A DNA stretch of 64,000 nucleotides from Candidatus Spongiisociaceae bacterium (GCA_965262915.1 OZ253564.1:3232001-3296000), one strand, 5' to 3'. Positions 30,084 through 39,529 are shown, counted from the stretch's first letter. Translations and numbers: made by a program. Notes: generated by a model not told the origin, from the letters alone.

Positions 30084-31175
30084 ATGCTGATCACAGCTCC
30101 AGTACTCATCAGACCAGGCGAGCCGATGCAGATGCTCGATCTAGAACTCGACGACCCCGGGTATGGCGAGGTCCGGGTCAAGATGGCGGCCACTGGCGTC
30201 TGTCATAGCTGTCTTCATGCCGCCGATGGGTCCCACACCGGCATTCCGATGCCGATCGTGCTAGGCGACGAAGGGTCGGGAGTCGTCGATGCCGTGGGAG
30301 AGGGCTGCAAGTCGCTGGCGCCCGGCGACCATGTCATCATCTCCTGGGCACCCGATTGCGGAGCCTGCAAATACTGCGCTCTCGGGTTCCCCGCACTGTG
30401 TCTCAACACGCCCCCGACCGGCAAGATGGGGGACGGTACAACCCGCTTCCATCACGACGGCTCAGACGTTCACCACTATGGACCTGCGACATACGGCCCT
30501 CAGATCATCGTGTCCGAGGCGGCTGCGGTACGGATCCCCGGGGATTTCCCGCTCGACCTGGCCGCCCTGATCGGGTGTTCGGTGACTACGGGCTTCGGGG
30601 CGGTGGTGAACACGGCGGCGGTCAGAGCAGGTCAGAGTGTTGCGGTGTTCGGCTGTGGGGGCGTTGGACTCAATGCCGTCCAGGGCGCCGCGGTCACGGG
30701 GGCGTACCCGATCATCGGTATTGATGTACTCGACTCCAAGCTCGACCTGGCTCGCCATTTCGGCGCCACCCACACGATCAACCCGGCAAAGCATGACGTC
30801 GTGGCAGAGGTCCTCGAGCTCACCGGCCACGGAGTAGATGCGAGCATCGTCGCGGTCGGTAACACTACAGCCATGAAGCAAGGCCTCGAGATCCTCGCCA
30901 AGCAGGGGGTGGAGGTGGTGGTGGGTCTGCCGGGTACCGGAGAGACCTTCGCCGCGGATCCGTTCCTCCTCATGACCGGTGAACGTCGGATCCTCGGGTC
31001 CCGCTACGGCAGCAGCAATCCGATGGTTGAGTTCCCGAAGATGATCGAGTTGTCGAGGGCCGGGCTGCTGAGAATCGACGAACTGATCACCAAACGATAC
31101 GACCTCGACGAGGCCGACGAGGCGTTCCGGGCGTTGGCGGCCGGCGAGCAGGCACGTGGGTTGATCGTCTTCTGA
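30084..31175 (+). CDS. Zn-dependent alcohol dehydrogenase (class III-like MDR)
   Basis: GVCHS, GDEGSG (canonical GHEG), CGACKYC...C, GCGGVG. Confidence 0.93.
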   Translation: MLITAPVLIRPGEPMQMLDLELDDPGYGEVRVKMAATGVCHSCLHAADGSHTGIPMPIVLGDEGSGVVDAVGEGCKSLAPGDHVIISWAPDCGACKYCALGFPALCLNTPPTGKMGDGTTRFHHDGSDVHHYGPATYGPQIIVSEAAAVRIPGDFPLDLAALIGCSVTTGFGAVVNTAAVRAGQSVAVFGCGGVGLNAVQGAAVTGAYPIIGIDVLDSKLDLARHFGATHTINPAKHDVVAEVLELTGHGVDASIVAVGNTTAMKQGLEILAKQGVEVVVGLPGTGETFAADPFLLMTGERRILGSRYGSSNPMVEFPKMIELSRAGLLRIDELITKRYDLDEADEAFRALAAGEQARGLIVF

Positions 31176-31214
31176 TCCAGGAGGCGGTCCAGAGTTCGAG
31201 CCCGACGGGAAGGG

Positions 31215-32705
31215 ATGCACATGGACAGATCCGAGCGGATCCTGGTCGCCCTTATCCGGCAGGAAAGTAATAGCTTCGTGCCGGGATCGACAACGCTGGC
31301 CGACTTCGAGATGAACGGTATAGCTACCGGCGCGGCGGTCCTCGAACGGGTCGGCAACCGCGAGGTCGACGGATACCTCGACGCCGCCGAGGAACTCGGC
31401 GGCGAACTCATCCCGTTGCTCGACGCCAAGGCGCAGTCTGGGCCACCTCTGGACGACGCCACCTTCGAGCACGTCGTCGGCGAGGTCTGTGATGGCATCC
31501 GCGAGCACCGTGACACTATCGACGGAGTGATGTTGGGCCTCCACGGCGCCATGGTCACTGAGAGTCTCGACGATGCGGACGGTGAGATTCTCGCCCGGGT
31601 ACGTGCGATCGTGGGCCGAGATGTCCCCGTAGCGGCCACATTCGATCTTCACACCCATATGACCCGGCGAATGGGCGAGCTGGCCGACATCGTGGTGGGC
31701 TACCAGACGTGCCCACACGTGGATCTGCGCCGCACCGGCACGGTGGCGATGCAGATCCTGATACGGACGATCAGGGGAGAGGTGGATCCGGTCGTATCGC
31801 AGCGCAAGATCCGGATGATGACCTCCTCGGAAACCCACGACGACCGGCTGTTCCCCAACCGGGAGGTGATCGCCGCCCTCCACGAGGCCGAGACGGACCC
31901 CCGAGTCCTGGCGGCGACCGTGTTCTGCACCCAGCCCTGGCTGGACATCCCCGAGCTGGGGTGGACCGTGGTCGTGGTGACCGACGATGACGCAGCCCTG
32001 GGCCAGAGCGCGGCCGACGCCATCGCCCGCAAGGCCTGGGACCTTAGGGAGCACTACCGGGTGGAGAAGATGGACGTTGACGAGGCGATCGACGCCTCTC
32101 TCGGAGGCGAAGGCTTGTTCGCCCTGTCCGAGGGCGCCGACAGCACAACCGCCGGCGGACTGGGCGACGGCAATCTCCTGCTGCGAGCGCTCCTCCGCCG
32201 CGGCGTCGATGTCCCCTGTCTGGTCATGGTCAGCGACCCGGCCGCCGCCGACCTATGCATCCGCGCCGGTGTCGGCACCACGGTCACCACGGAACTCGGC
32301 GGCACATCCAACCCCGCCTTCTACAGCCCCGTGGAGGTCACCGGGACGGTCCAAAGCCTGACCGACGGACGCTACACGAACCACTACGGAGGCATCCGGC
32401 CGGTTGACATGGGCCCCACGGCGGTGCTCCAGGTGGGATCGATCTCAATCATGATCCCAACCCACCGCCCGCCGATGGTCGATTACGAGGCCTATCTCAG
32501 CGTCGGCGCCGATCCTCGGCAGGTGCGCATTGTCCAACCCAAGTCCGCCGGTGCCTATCGCGAGTACTACGAGCCGATCGCCACCTGCATCGACATCGAT
32601 GTTCCCGGTCCGGCCGGTAGCGACCTCACGGCGTTCCCCTTCAAACGCATCCCGCGCCCGATGTGGCCGTGGGACCCGGAATTAACCGATCCCTGGACGG
32701 AGTGA
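31215..32705 (+). CDS. MlrC / M81 metallopeptidase family (3)
   Basis: QESNSF, LGLHGAM, TFDLHTH, YQTCPH, EGADSTTAGG.GD, PRPMWPWD. Confidence 0.9.
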   Translation: MHMDRSERILVALIRQESNSFVPGSTTLADFEMNGIATGAAVLERVGNREVDGYLDAAEELGGELIPLLDAKAQSGPPLDDATFEHVVGEVCDGIREHRDTIDGVMLGLHGAMVTESLDDADGEILARVRAIVGRDVPVAATFDLHTHMTRRMGELADIVVGYQTCPHVDLRRTGTVAMQILIRTIRGEVDPVVSQRKIRMMTSSETHDDRLFPNREVIAALHEAETDPRVLAATVFCTQPWLDIPELGWTVVVVTDDDAALGQSAADAIARKAWDLREHYRVEKMDVDEAIDASLGGEGLFALSEGADSTTAGGLGDGNLLLRALLRRGVDVPCLVMVSDPAAADLCIRAGVGTTVTTELGGTSNPAFYSPVEVTGTVQSLTDGRYTNHYGGIRPVDMGPTAVLQVGSISIMIPTHRPPMVDYEAYLSVGADPRQVRIVQPKSAGAYREYYEPIATCIDIDVPGPAGSDLTAFPFKRIPRPMWPWDPELTDPWTE

Positions 32706-32773
32706 GGCCGGGCTACGGGTATAGGTTCGGTCGGGTTCCGTCAACTTCGGGTAAGTGTCGAAAACCGGACCGG

Positions 32774-33547
32774 TTACCAGATACTCCAGCCTCCGTCGAC
32801 CACGAGATTGTGACCGTTCACGAACGCGGAGCCTTCCGCCGAGAGGAACACGACCGCAGTCACGTAGTCCTCGGGCAAACTGTTGCGGCCCACGGGCGTC
32901 TGCTCCGCAAGCCTCGCCCAGAGCGCCAATACTTCCGCGCTCGGCGTAGGGGCCCAAGTGATCATGCCGGGACTGAGCGCGTTGATGGTGACGCCGGTCC
33001 CGCCGAGCTGGCACGCGAGATAGCGGGTGAAGCCGATCAGTCCGTGCTTCGCGGCCGTGTACGCGCCCGCACCGCCTACGGGCAGGGTGTTGCGAGCATC
33101 TTGGCCGATCGAGCCATAGACCGACGCTACGTTGATGACGCGACCCCAGCCGCGGGCGACCATCTTCGGGGTCAGGAGCCGGCACAGCCGCTCGGCCGCG
33201 ATCACGTTGATTTCGTAGGTATTACGCCACTCCTGAGCGGCCTGCTCTCCCCAAGGCTTGGTGTGCGGATCGCCGCCCGCGTTGTTGACGAGGATGTCGA
33301 TGTGTTCGTCCATACCGTCGAGCTGTTCATAGAGCGCGTCGTCGGTGAGGTCGCCGACGATGTACCGATGCTCCGGTCCGAGGCTCGAGAAGGTCTCGGC
33401 GAGCCCGTCCGCGCTGCGGGCCACACTGAGCACGGTGGCGCCGTGGCCGGCTAGTCCATGGACGAGCGTCCGGCCCAGGCCGTAGCCGCCACCGGTGACC
33501 AGAGCCGTCTTCCCGGTGAGGTCAAACATGTTCGATCGGATGTCCAT
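32774..33547 (-). CDS. SDR oxidoreductase (6), close paralog of 22555-23325
   Basis: TGGGYGLGRTLVHGLAGHGATV, YTAAKHG, VNGHNLVVDGGWSIW. Confidence 0.93.
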   Translation of the reverse strand: MDIRSNMFDLTGKTALVTGGGYGLGRTLVHGLAGHGATVLSVARSADGLAETFSSLGPEHRYIVGDLTDDALYEQLDGMDEHIDILVNNAGGDPHTKPWGEQAAQEWRNTYEINVIAAERLCRLLTPKMVARGWGRVINVASVYGSIGQDARNTLPVGGAGAYTAAKHGLIGFTRYLACQLGGTGVTINALSPGMITWAPTPSAEVLALWARLAEQTPVGRNSLPEDYVTAVVFLSAEGSAFVNGHNLVVDGGWSIW

Positions 33548-33659
33548 CTTGCGAGGCTCCTTTCCCAGCGGTTGGTCAGTCATCGAGGAATGTCATCGCC
33601 TCCATCTCGACGAAGAAGCAGGGATGAAGCGACTCGCGACCGCCGACGAAGGCACCGGC

Positions 33660-33699
33660 CATTCGAGAAGCAACATTCGAGAAGCAACATTCGAGAAGC
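33660..33699. repeat. 14-bp tandem repeat, ~2.9 copies
   Basis: CATTCGAGAAGCAA twice plus CATTCGAGAAGC. Confidence 0.9.
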
Positions 33700-33727
33700 C
33701 CGCGGGGGTTGCCGCTTCGACGGTACG

Positions 33728-34281
33728 GGCCGGTTACGGAACTCTGCCACTGTCTGGTCCAGCTCCCGGGCCAATTCGGACACCTGGGACTTGGACAGCG
33801 ACGTGACACCCGCCGCTTCGACCAGGCCCTCCACCCAACGGGTCGAGATTCCCCGCACCCAAGCCTCGGTCACCACCTGCACGAAGGCCCGCTCCGAACG
33901 GGTACGCGCATCCAACACCCACTCCGGAAAGTACGAACCCCGCCGAAGCTTGGGAATCCGCAGCTCGATTGAACCCACCCGAGCTTCCCAACGCCGAGTC
34001 CGATATCCGTTCGGACGGTTCACCCGTTCCGGGCTCTGCTGCCCCCAGGGAGCTCCGCAGATCACATCCGCCTCCGGCGACATCAGCCCCTGCGCCGAAG
34101 CTACGGACCATCTCCCGCAGCAAATCATTACCCTCTGCCTCAAGCCGGTTGCATAACCACACCAACTCGTCCATCCTTGCACCGACGACCGCGTTCCTCC
34201 TCACGGTCCAATGCCAATACCTCCCTGAGGCTGGAGCGGTAGTCACCTAACCCAAAGGACCCTCACCCAACGTACACCACT
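33728..34281 (-). pseudogene. IS256-family transposase, 5' part only, frameshifted
   Basis: NGYRTRRW...VGSIELRIPKLRRGSYFP...GISTR...SKSQVS...EFRNRP, then truncated; the N-terminal DLLREMV segment is in another frame. Confidence 0.88.
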
Positions 34282-34537
34282 CGGATTGTTGCAGGTATCG
34301 CGCGGGTGTCCTACGTCGGGCCGGTTCGCGAATCTCCTTGTCAGCGAGGTCGTGGCAACTGCCTTGCGGCGGGTATCGGTCTCATAATCTACCGTTAGAG
34401 GGTTCCAGTTAGGTGGGTCGGGTCCTGTGGTGGGTGGGGCAGGCATTTTTGGGGAGGGGGTTTGTTTGGTCGTGTTTTCTAGCCGTTCTCTGGTTCGTGG
34501 GGTTACGCCGAGCCGTTGGCCATGCGGTGAAACGCTG

Positions 34538-34614
34538 TGGTGGAGCTGAGGGGATTTGAACCCCTGACCCCCTCGTTGCGAACGAGGTGCTCTGCCGAAC
34601 TGAGCTACAGCCCC
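34538..34614 (-). tRNA. tRNA-Ala(CGC)
   Basis: GGGGCTGTAGCTCAGTTCGGCAGAGCACCTCGTTCGCAACGAGGGGGTCAGGGGTTCAAATCCCCTCAGCTCCACCA: cloverleaf, G3:U70 pair, CGC anticodon, encoded CCA. Confidence 0.98.
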
Positions 34615-34739
34615 GGGTGCAGCGCCATTGTACCCGGAATGACGGGCGGGGCGATCCGGCTATAGCAGGACTTCACCGCTGCCTCGGAATGCCTTGGAGA
34701 ACGGCGGTCGCTCTCGCCCGTCTTCGTCGAGCGCGCTTT

Positions 34740-35390
34740 CTATGGCCGGACGACGGGTGGCGCATGGGTTGCTGCGCACTCCCGAAGGTCGCGGCGGAGT
34801 CGCTCGGCCACCAGCGCCGACGTGAGATCGGCCCTGCTACGTTCCGTCAGGCTGCGGGCTACGTCGGTGGTGCGGCGTAACCCGCCGGTCATGCCATCGG
34901 GATAGTCGAGGGCCGCCAGCAAATCGACGATCTCGTCCATGACCGCCAGCAGCTGCTCCGCCTCCTCGAACTCCTCGGCTCGCAACTGGTCGAGAAGACG
35001 ACGACGGAGTTCCCCGACCGCCTCGCCCAGACCCTTGAGGTAGGGAACCATGGTCATTCCCAGGTCCTGTGCGGTGGGGAGTTCGTGGCGGAACGCCAAA
35101 GCCAGGAACAGGCGGGCTTCGGCGTACTCCTTGGCCGCGTCGTTGAGAATGCCTACGTTGATGTCGGAATGGCCGGCCATGGCGCCGGTGGACTCCTCGA
35201 GGAGTAGGCGAGCCTCCTCGAGCAACGAACCGGCTGCCTCGAGTTCTCCCCGGTGTACCGAACGGATGGCTCTCGCCGAGCATCTGATGATCTGGCGACC
35301 GTTGACGATGACCGTTTCCCTCGCCGAGAACTTCGGGTCGAGTTCGGCGCGTGCGGCAGTCTCGATGGAGGAGAGATCGGGGAGGATCAT
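34740..35390 (-). CDS. Translin/Trax (C3PO) family protein
   Basis: All-helical 216 aa with ARE......R.IIR.S..AI..VHRG, EYAEA, YLKGLGEAVGELRR, LRRTTDVARSLTERSR, characteristic of archaeal-type Trax. Confidence 0.85.
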   Translation of the reverse strand: MILPDLSSIETAARAELDPKFSARETVIVNGRQIIRCSARAIRSVHRGELEAAGSLLEEARLLLEESTGAMAGHSDINVGILNDAAKEYAEARLFLALAFRHELPTAQDLGMTMVPYLKGLGEAVGELRRRLLDQLRAEEFEEAEQLLAVMDEIVDLLAALDYPDGMTGGLRRTTDVARSLTERSRADLTSALVAERLRRDLRECAATHAPPVVRP

Positions 35391-35397
35391 GGGATCG

Positions 35398-35883
35398 CTA
35401 GCGAGATTGAACGACTCTGACCCTGGAGCTGTAGAACATCATCTCGGTCTCCTGCTCCGAAGCCATGCTCTCGAGCTCGGCCGCTCTCTGCCGATCCTTG
35501 ATCTGGCGGAGCATCGCCATGTACCAGATGAGCAGGGCGTCGAACGCCAGATGGGAACCGATGATCCACAGGCTCCGGAAGATGACGGCTGCGACCAGGG
35601 TCCCGATGGCGGCGGTCGCCAGCGTGACGACTGCCTGGCGCCGACGGGACAGGATCGCGGCGCTAGCCATTCCGCTCGCCACCGCCTCGACCGGGGCGAC
35701 CGGACCGGGAGCGGAACTGTGATAGGTGTCCCGGGGTGCCCGCCCGGCCTGCTCCGGCTGCTCGGTGAGCCTGGCGGCACGGCGGTTGGGACTGAGCCAG
35801 GAAGTGCGCCGATCGGCCCATAGAGGAGGCAGTATACACACCGCCCATAGACAGGCAATCACCAGAAAGAGCGCCCAAGCCAT
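35398..35883 (-). CDS. Membrane protein, SepX/GlpR-like by topology and position
   Basis: N-terminal TM (WAVCILPPLW), disordered linker, RRRQ followed by two TM helices and a charged tail; lies downstream of galU-moeA-moaC and upstream of tRNA-Ala(CGC). Confidence 0.6.
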   Translation of the reverse strand: MAWALFLVIACLWAVCILPPLWADRRTSWLSPNRRAARLTEQPEQAGRAPRDTYHSSAPGPVAPVEAVASGMASAAILSRRRQAVVTLATAAIGTLVAAVIFRSLWIIGSHLAFDALLIWYMAMLRQIKDRQRAAELESMASEQETEMMFYSSRVRVVQSR

Positions 35884-36002
35884 CTCTGCAGCCAACTCCC
35901 CGATCCGCAATCGCAAGACAGGTTATACGCCACAGGGTGAGTATCCAAGGATTTCCGGCCGATGCGTGGCGGTGTCGGACCCCCGCGCAAGGACCTCCGG
36001 CC

Positions 36003-36485
36003 TCACTCCGATCCGGCGGACCAGGATCCGGACCGGCCCCCCGACTTGTGCAGAAGGCGTATCCCGTCGATCCGGGCGCCTCGTTCGACTCCCTTGATCA
36101 TGTCGTAGAGGGTCAGGGCCGCGATCGAGGCCGCGGTGAGGGCCTCCATCTCCACCCCGGTCCGGTCCGTGGTCCTCACCGTGGACCGGATCCGGGCTGC
36201 CGACCCGGTTCGGTCCACGGTGACAGTCACGTCCGATATCGACAGCGGATGGCAGAGTGGGATCAGCTCGGCAGTCTTCTTGGCCGCCATGATCCCCGCC
36301 AGCCGGGCGGTGCCGATCGCGTCACCCTTCGACAGGCCACCGTCGAATACCAGGTCGAGCGTCGCCTCGGACGCCACCACCACGGCCTCGGCGGTTGCCC
36401 TCCGGTCGCTGACCGGCTTGTCGCCGACGTCCACCATCCGCGCCCGGCCTCGCTCGTCGATATGGGTAAGACCGATGTCAACCAT
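36003..36485 (-). CDS. moaC: Cyclic pyranopterin monophosphate synthase accessory protein
   Basis: [42 protein letters not shown]. Confidence 0.97.
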   Translation of the reverse strand: MVDIGLTHIDERGRARMVDVGDKPVSDRRATAEAVVVASEATLDLVFDGGLSKGDAIGTARLAGIMAAKKTAELIPLCHPLSISDVTVTVDRTGSAARIRSTVRTTDRTGVEMEALTAASIAALTLYDMIKGVERGARIDGIRLLHKSGGRSGSWSAGSE

Positions 36486-37710
36486 CGAATGCGTCGGATG
36501 CGGGGCGGGTCTCCGGAGCGCGGAACAACTCGATCGTGACCCGATCCCCCACCTCCACATAGCCGGTCCCCACCGGAACCACCGCGAAGGCATCGGCCCG
36601 GGCCAGCGAGGAAAGAACGTTCGACATCTGGGCGCCGCTGCTTCTGATGTAGGTGATCCCATCCCGGATGTCGGTGATCACCCTGGTGAACACCGTCTTT
36701 GCCGGATCGGTACGCCATCTCTCGGTTGCGACCGCCGGAACCAGGGGACGGAACACCGCGGTACATCCCATCATGTGCAGCAGGGCAGGGCGGGCGAACT
36801 GCTCGTAGGCCACCATGACCGAGACCGGATTGCCGGGAAGGCCCAGCAGAGGCGTACCGTCGATATGGCCGAAAGCAAACGGCTTGGCGGGTTGCATGGC
36901 CACCTGCCAGAACTCGACAGTCCCGAGTTCGGCCAGGATCGCTTTGACGAGGTCGTACTCGCCTTTGGAAACACCACCCGACGTGAGCACCATGTCCGCA
37001 GTCGCAGCCCCCTCGGCCAAGGCGCTGCGCAAGGTGTCGGCGTCGTCCCCCACGATGCCCAGATCCACGACCACCGCTCCCAACCTCTCCAGGAGACCGA
37101 TGAGCAACGGACGGTTGGTATCACGGATCTGCCCCGGACCGAGGACTCTCGTGTCAGGAGGCAGCACCTCATCGCCGGTGGACAGTACCGCGACCCGAGG
37201 GCGGCGCCGGACGGCCGGAGCGACACCCAGCGACGCCAGCACCGCCACGTGGCGGGCGGTGAGGCGCTCCCCGACCTCGAATACCGGCTCGCCGGCTACC
37301 AGATCGCCGCCGGCCGGGCGAACCGCGGTTCCCGTCGCGGTCTCCGCCAGGATCAGTACCCCGGCGGGAAGCGGCTCGGTGTCCTCCACCTTCACGACCG
37401 TATCGGCCCCACCGGGCATCGGTGCACCGGTCATGATCTTGATGGCCGTACCGGGCGTGACCGTGGCCCGCGCCACATGTCCGGCGGGCACATCCTCGAG
37501 CACCCGGAGCGTCGCCGGCGCCGTCGACACGTCGGCGCCCAGCACCGCGTACCCATCCATGGCCGAGTTGGTGAACGGGGGGACATCGTGAGGCGCCAGC
37601 ACGGGCCGGGCCAGGGCCAAGCCGAGCACCTGGCCGAGCGGTAGTTCCACCATCGGCAGCGGGGGCACCGAGATCAGTACTTCTCTCTGGGCTTCAGCGA
37701 GCGGGCGCAT
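36478..37710 (-). CDS. moeA: Molybdopterin molybdotransferase (gephyrin-like Glp)
   Basis: [37 protein letters not shown]. Confidence 0.96.
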   Translation of the reverse strand: MRPLAEAQREVLISVPPLPMVELPLGQVLGLALARPVLAPHDVPPFTNSAMDGYAVLGADVSTAPATLRVLEDVPAGHVARATVTPGTAIKIMTGAPMPGGADTVVKVEDTEPLPAGVLILAETATGTAVRPAGGDLVAGEPVFEVGERLTARHVAVLASLGVAPAVRRRPRVAVLSTGDEVLPPDTRVLGPGQIRDTNRPLLIGLLERLGAVVVDLGIVGDDADTLRSALAEGAATADMVLTSGGVSKGEYDLVKAILAELGTVEFWQVAMQPAKPFAFGHIDGTPLLGLPGNPVSVMVAYEQFARPALLHMMGCTAVFRPLVPAVATERWRTDPAKTVFTRVITDIRDGITYIRSSGAQMSNVLSSLARADAFAVVPVGTGYVEVGDRVTIELFRAPETRPASDAFDG

Positions 37711-38545
37711 AGGTCCATTCCACCAGAAGATCGTCGACTATGGCGCGGAAATCTGGGCCGTAGACGGGATCGAGGGCGCCCAGCACCGCGTTGGCGTGCA
37801 GGTAGCCGAGAGGATTCCCGACATCGAGCAACTCGACATCGGCCACGTACGCCCGGCATCTTCCTGCCTCCCCCAGCGCTGCGATCGCATCAGTCAACTG
37901 TATCTCGCCTCCGTAGCCGGGTTGGGTCCGTTCGAGGTACTCGAACACCTCGGGCATGAACAGGTAGCGTCCATGGATCCCGTAATTGGACGGCGCACGG
38001 GCCGCACCCGGCTTCTCCACCGCTCCCCCGACCTCCACAACATCGCCGGACACCTCGGATCGAGGAACGATCACCCCCTTGACGTCGAGCATCTCGTCCG
38101 GCAACTCTCGCACGTAGACGACCGATACCCCGCCGTCGGCTGCTGCCGCCAGATGGGGGAGGATGTCATCTCGCGGCCGGATCAGATCGTCGGCCAGCAA
38201 CACGTAGAACGGGCGGTCCCCTATCGCCTCGCGTCCCATGAGCACCGCATGCCCCAGTCCCTTGGCCTCGTGCTGGACCACCGACCGAACCCGGATGCCC
38301 TCCAATCCCGGGAGGAACCGGGATGAGACGAAATGTCGCTCGATGATCGTCCCGCCATCGGGATCAGCCACCACGACCACCTCGGTTACTCCCGCCCGGA
38401 CTGCCTCCTCCACGACCCACTGGATGCTCGGACGATCGACCACGGTGAGCAGTGCCTTGGGAATGGCGTTGGTGGCCGGACGCATCCGCGTCCCGCGACC
38501 CGCAGCCGGGACCAGCGCTACGTCGACCTTCATGGTGCTGGACAC
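37694..38545 (-). CDS. galU: UTP-glucose-1-phosphate uridylyltransferase
   Basis: PAAGRGTRMRPAT..IPK, GLGHAV, VEKP, GGEIQLTDAI. Confidence 0.92.
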   Translation of the reverse strand: MSSTMKVDVALVPAAGRGTRMRPATNAIPKALLTVVDRPSIQWVVEEAVRAGVTEVVVVADPDGGTIIERHFVSSRFLPGLEGIRVRSVVQHEAKGLGHAVLMGREAIGDRPFYVLLADDLIRPRDDILPHLAAAADGGVSVVYVRELPDEMLDVKGVIVPRSEVSGDVVEVGGAVEKPGAARAPSNYGIHGRYLFMPEVFEYLERTQPGYGGEIQLTDAIAALGEAGRCRAYVADVELLDVGNPLGYLHANAVLGALDPVYGPDFRAIVDDLLVEWTYAPAR

Positions 38546-38860
38546 GTCATCGGGTCAGCCTGTGCGGGACCGCCCGGACCTGCACCGGGCATCCGGTCGC
38601 GTCCCGACTGCCGGCCGGTGGTGGCAAACCGGGGCTGCTACAAGAACTCATAGCGGTCGATTATCGCGTGTTCTTCGAGATCAACACAGATCGAGCGATC
38701 GAACTTGCCCGGTCGTGACTCAACGCACTCTCGCAAGCATCCGAATCCCGTCTCGATCCCGCATCGGGGCGTGACGACCGGCCGGCCTGCCGCTCGACCC
38801 TGAGTCCCCGATCAGCGTGTGGCCGGCCTTCAGCAATCGTCATCGTTCACCATTCTCCTA

Positions 38861-38961
38861 GGAGGGTGGTCTAAAACGGTTGGGAGCAACGGCCCGTCTT
38901 CCTCTGAACAGGCATTATGTCATCGGTCGACGGGCCGTGAAGGGGTTTCACACCACCCTCC
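38861..38961 (+). mobile_element. 101-bp MITE, copy 2
   Basis: TA-GGAGGGTGGT...ACCACCCTCC-TA. Confidence 0.9.
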
Positions 38962-39017
38962 TAGACTTCGACCGGTCCGACAACCGACAACTTACCGACG
39001 CGACCAGGAGCGCCAAC

Positions 39018-39419
39018 GTGAAGGTCTTCAGCTTTGATCCTGGCAGGATCCACCTCTTGAGCCTCCGCGAAGGCGATGACCTCCTGCAGTCATTGACGGA
39101 GTTCGCTCGGTCGAACGGGATCCTGGCCGCGACCATCACTTTCCTGGGCTCCGTCAATCGGGCCGATCTGTCCTGGTATGACCCCGACGCCGGGGACTAC
39201 CGCACCTTCACTGTGGAGGCACAACTGGAGGTTGCGGGCGGAACCGGCAACATCTCCCTGTTCGACGGCCAACCACTGGTACACATACACGCTGTGTTCG
39301 CCGACTCGACCGGGGGAATCTTCAGCGGCCACGTGAACACGGGAACAACGGTCTTTGCCATGGAAGCCGTGGTCCACGAACTGATCGGCCCGCCGCCGGA
39401 GTTCTGGGGCACGCTATGA
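39018..39419 (+). CDS. PPC/DUF296 domain protein
   Basis: LSLREGDDL, GSV, GNIS, HIHAVFAD...GHV; AGGAG RBS before GTG. Confidence 0.88.
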   Translation: MKVFSFDPGRIHLLSLREGDDLLQSLTEFARSNGILAATITFLGSVNRADLSWYDPDAGDYRTFTVEAQLEVAGGTGNISLFDGQPLVHIHAVFADSTGGIFSGHVNTGTTVFAMEAVVHELIGPPPEFWGTL

Positions 39420-39529
39420 GTCAGCCGTGATCGCCGTGTTCAACCTCGCACTCGGGCCCTGCAGGGGGAAGTCACCCCGACCGATCCGCGACTAATCTGC
39501 CTAGCGAGGTACCCTCCGAGGAGGAATCT

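Larger units (their letters stand above)
942..34565. mobile_element. Genomic island at tRNA-Ala(CGC), ~33.6 kb
   Basis: Direct repeat of the tRNA 3' end at both borders; only accessory catabolic and transport genes plus IS remnants inside; housekeeping genes resume beyond the tRNA. Confidence 0.75.

Noticed and set aside
7503-32705. Microcystin degradation (mlr) cluster
   Set aside because: Only MlrC-family genes are present; no MlrA (CAAX/Abi protease) or MlrB (serine hydrolase) recognised.
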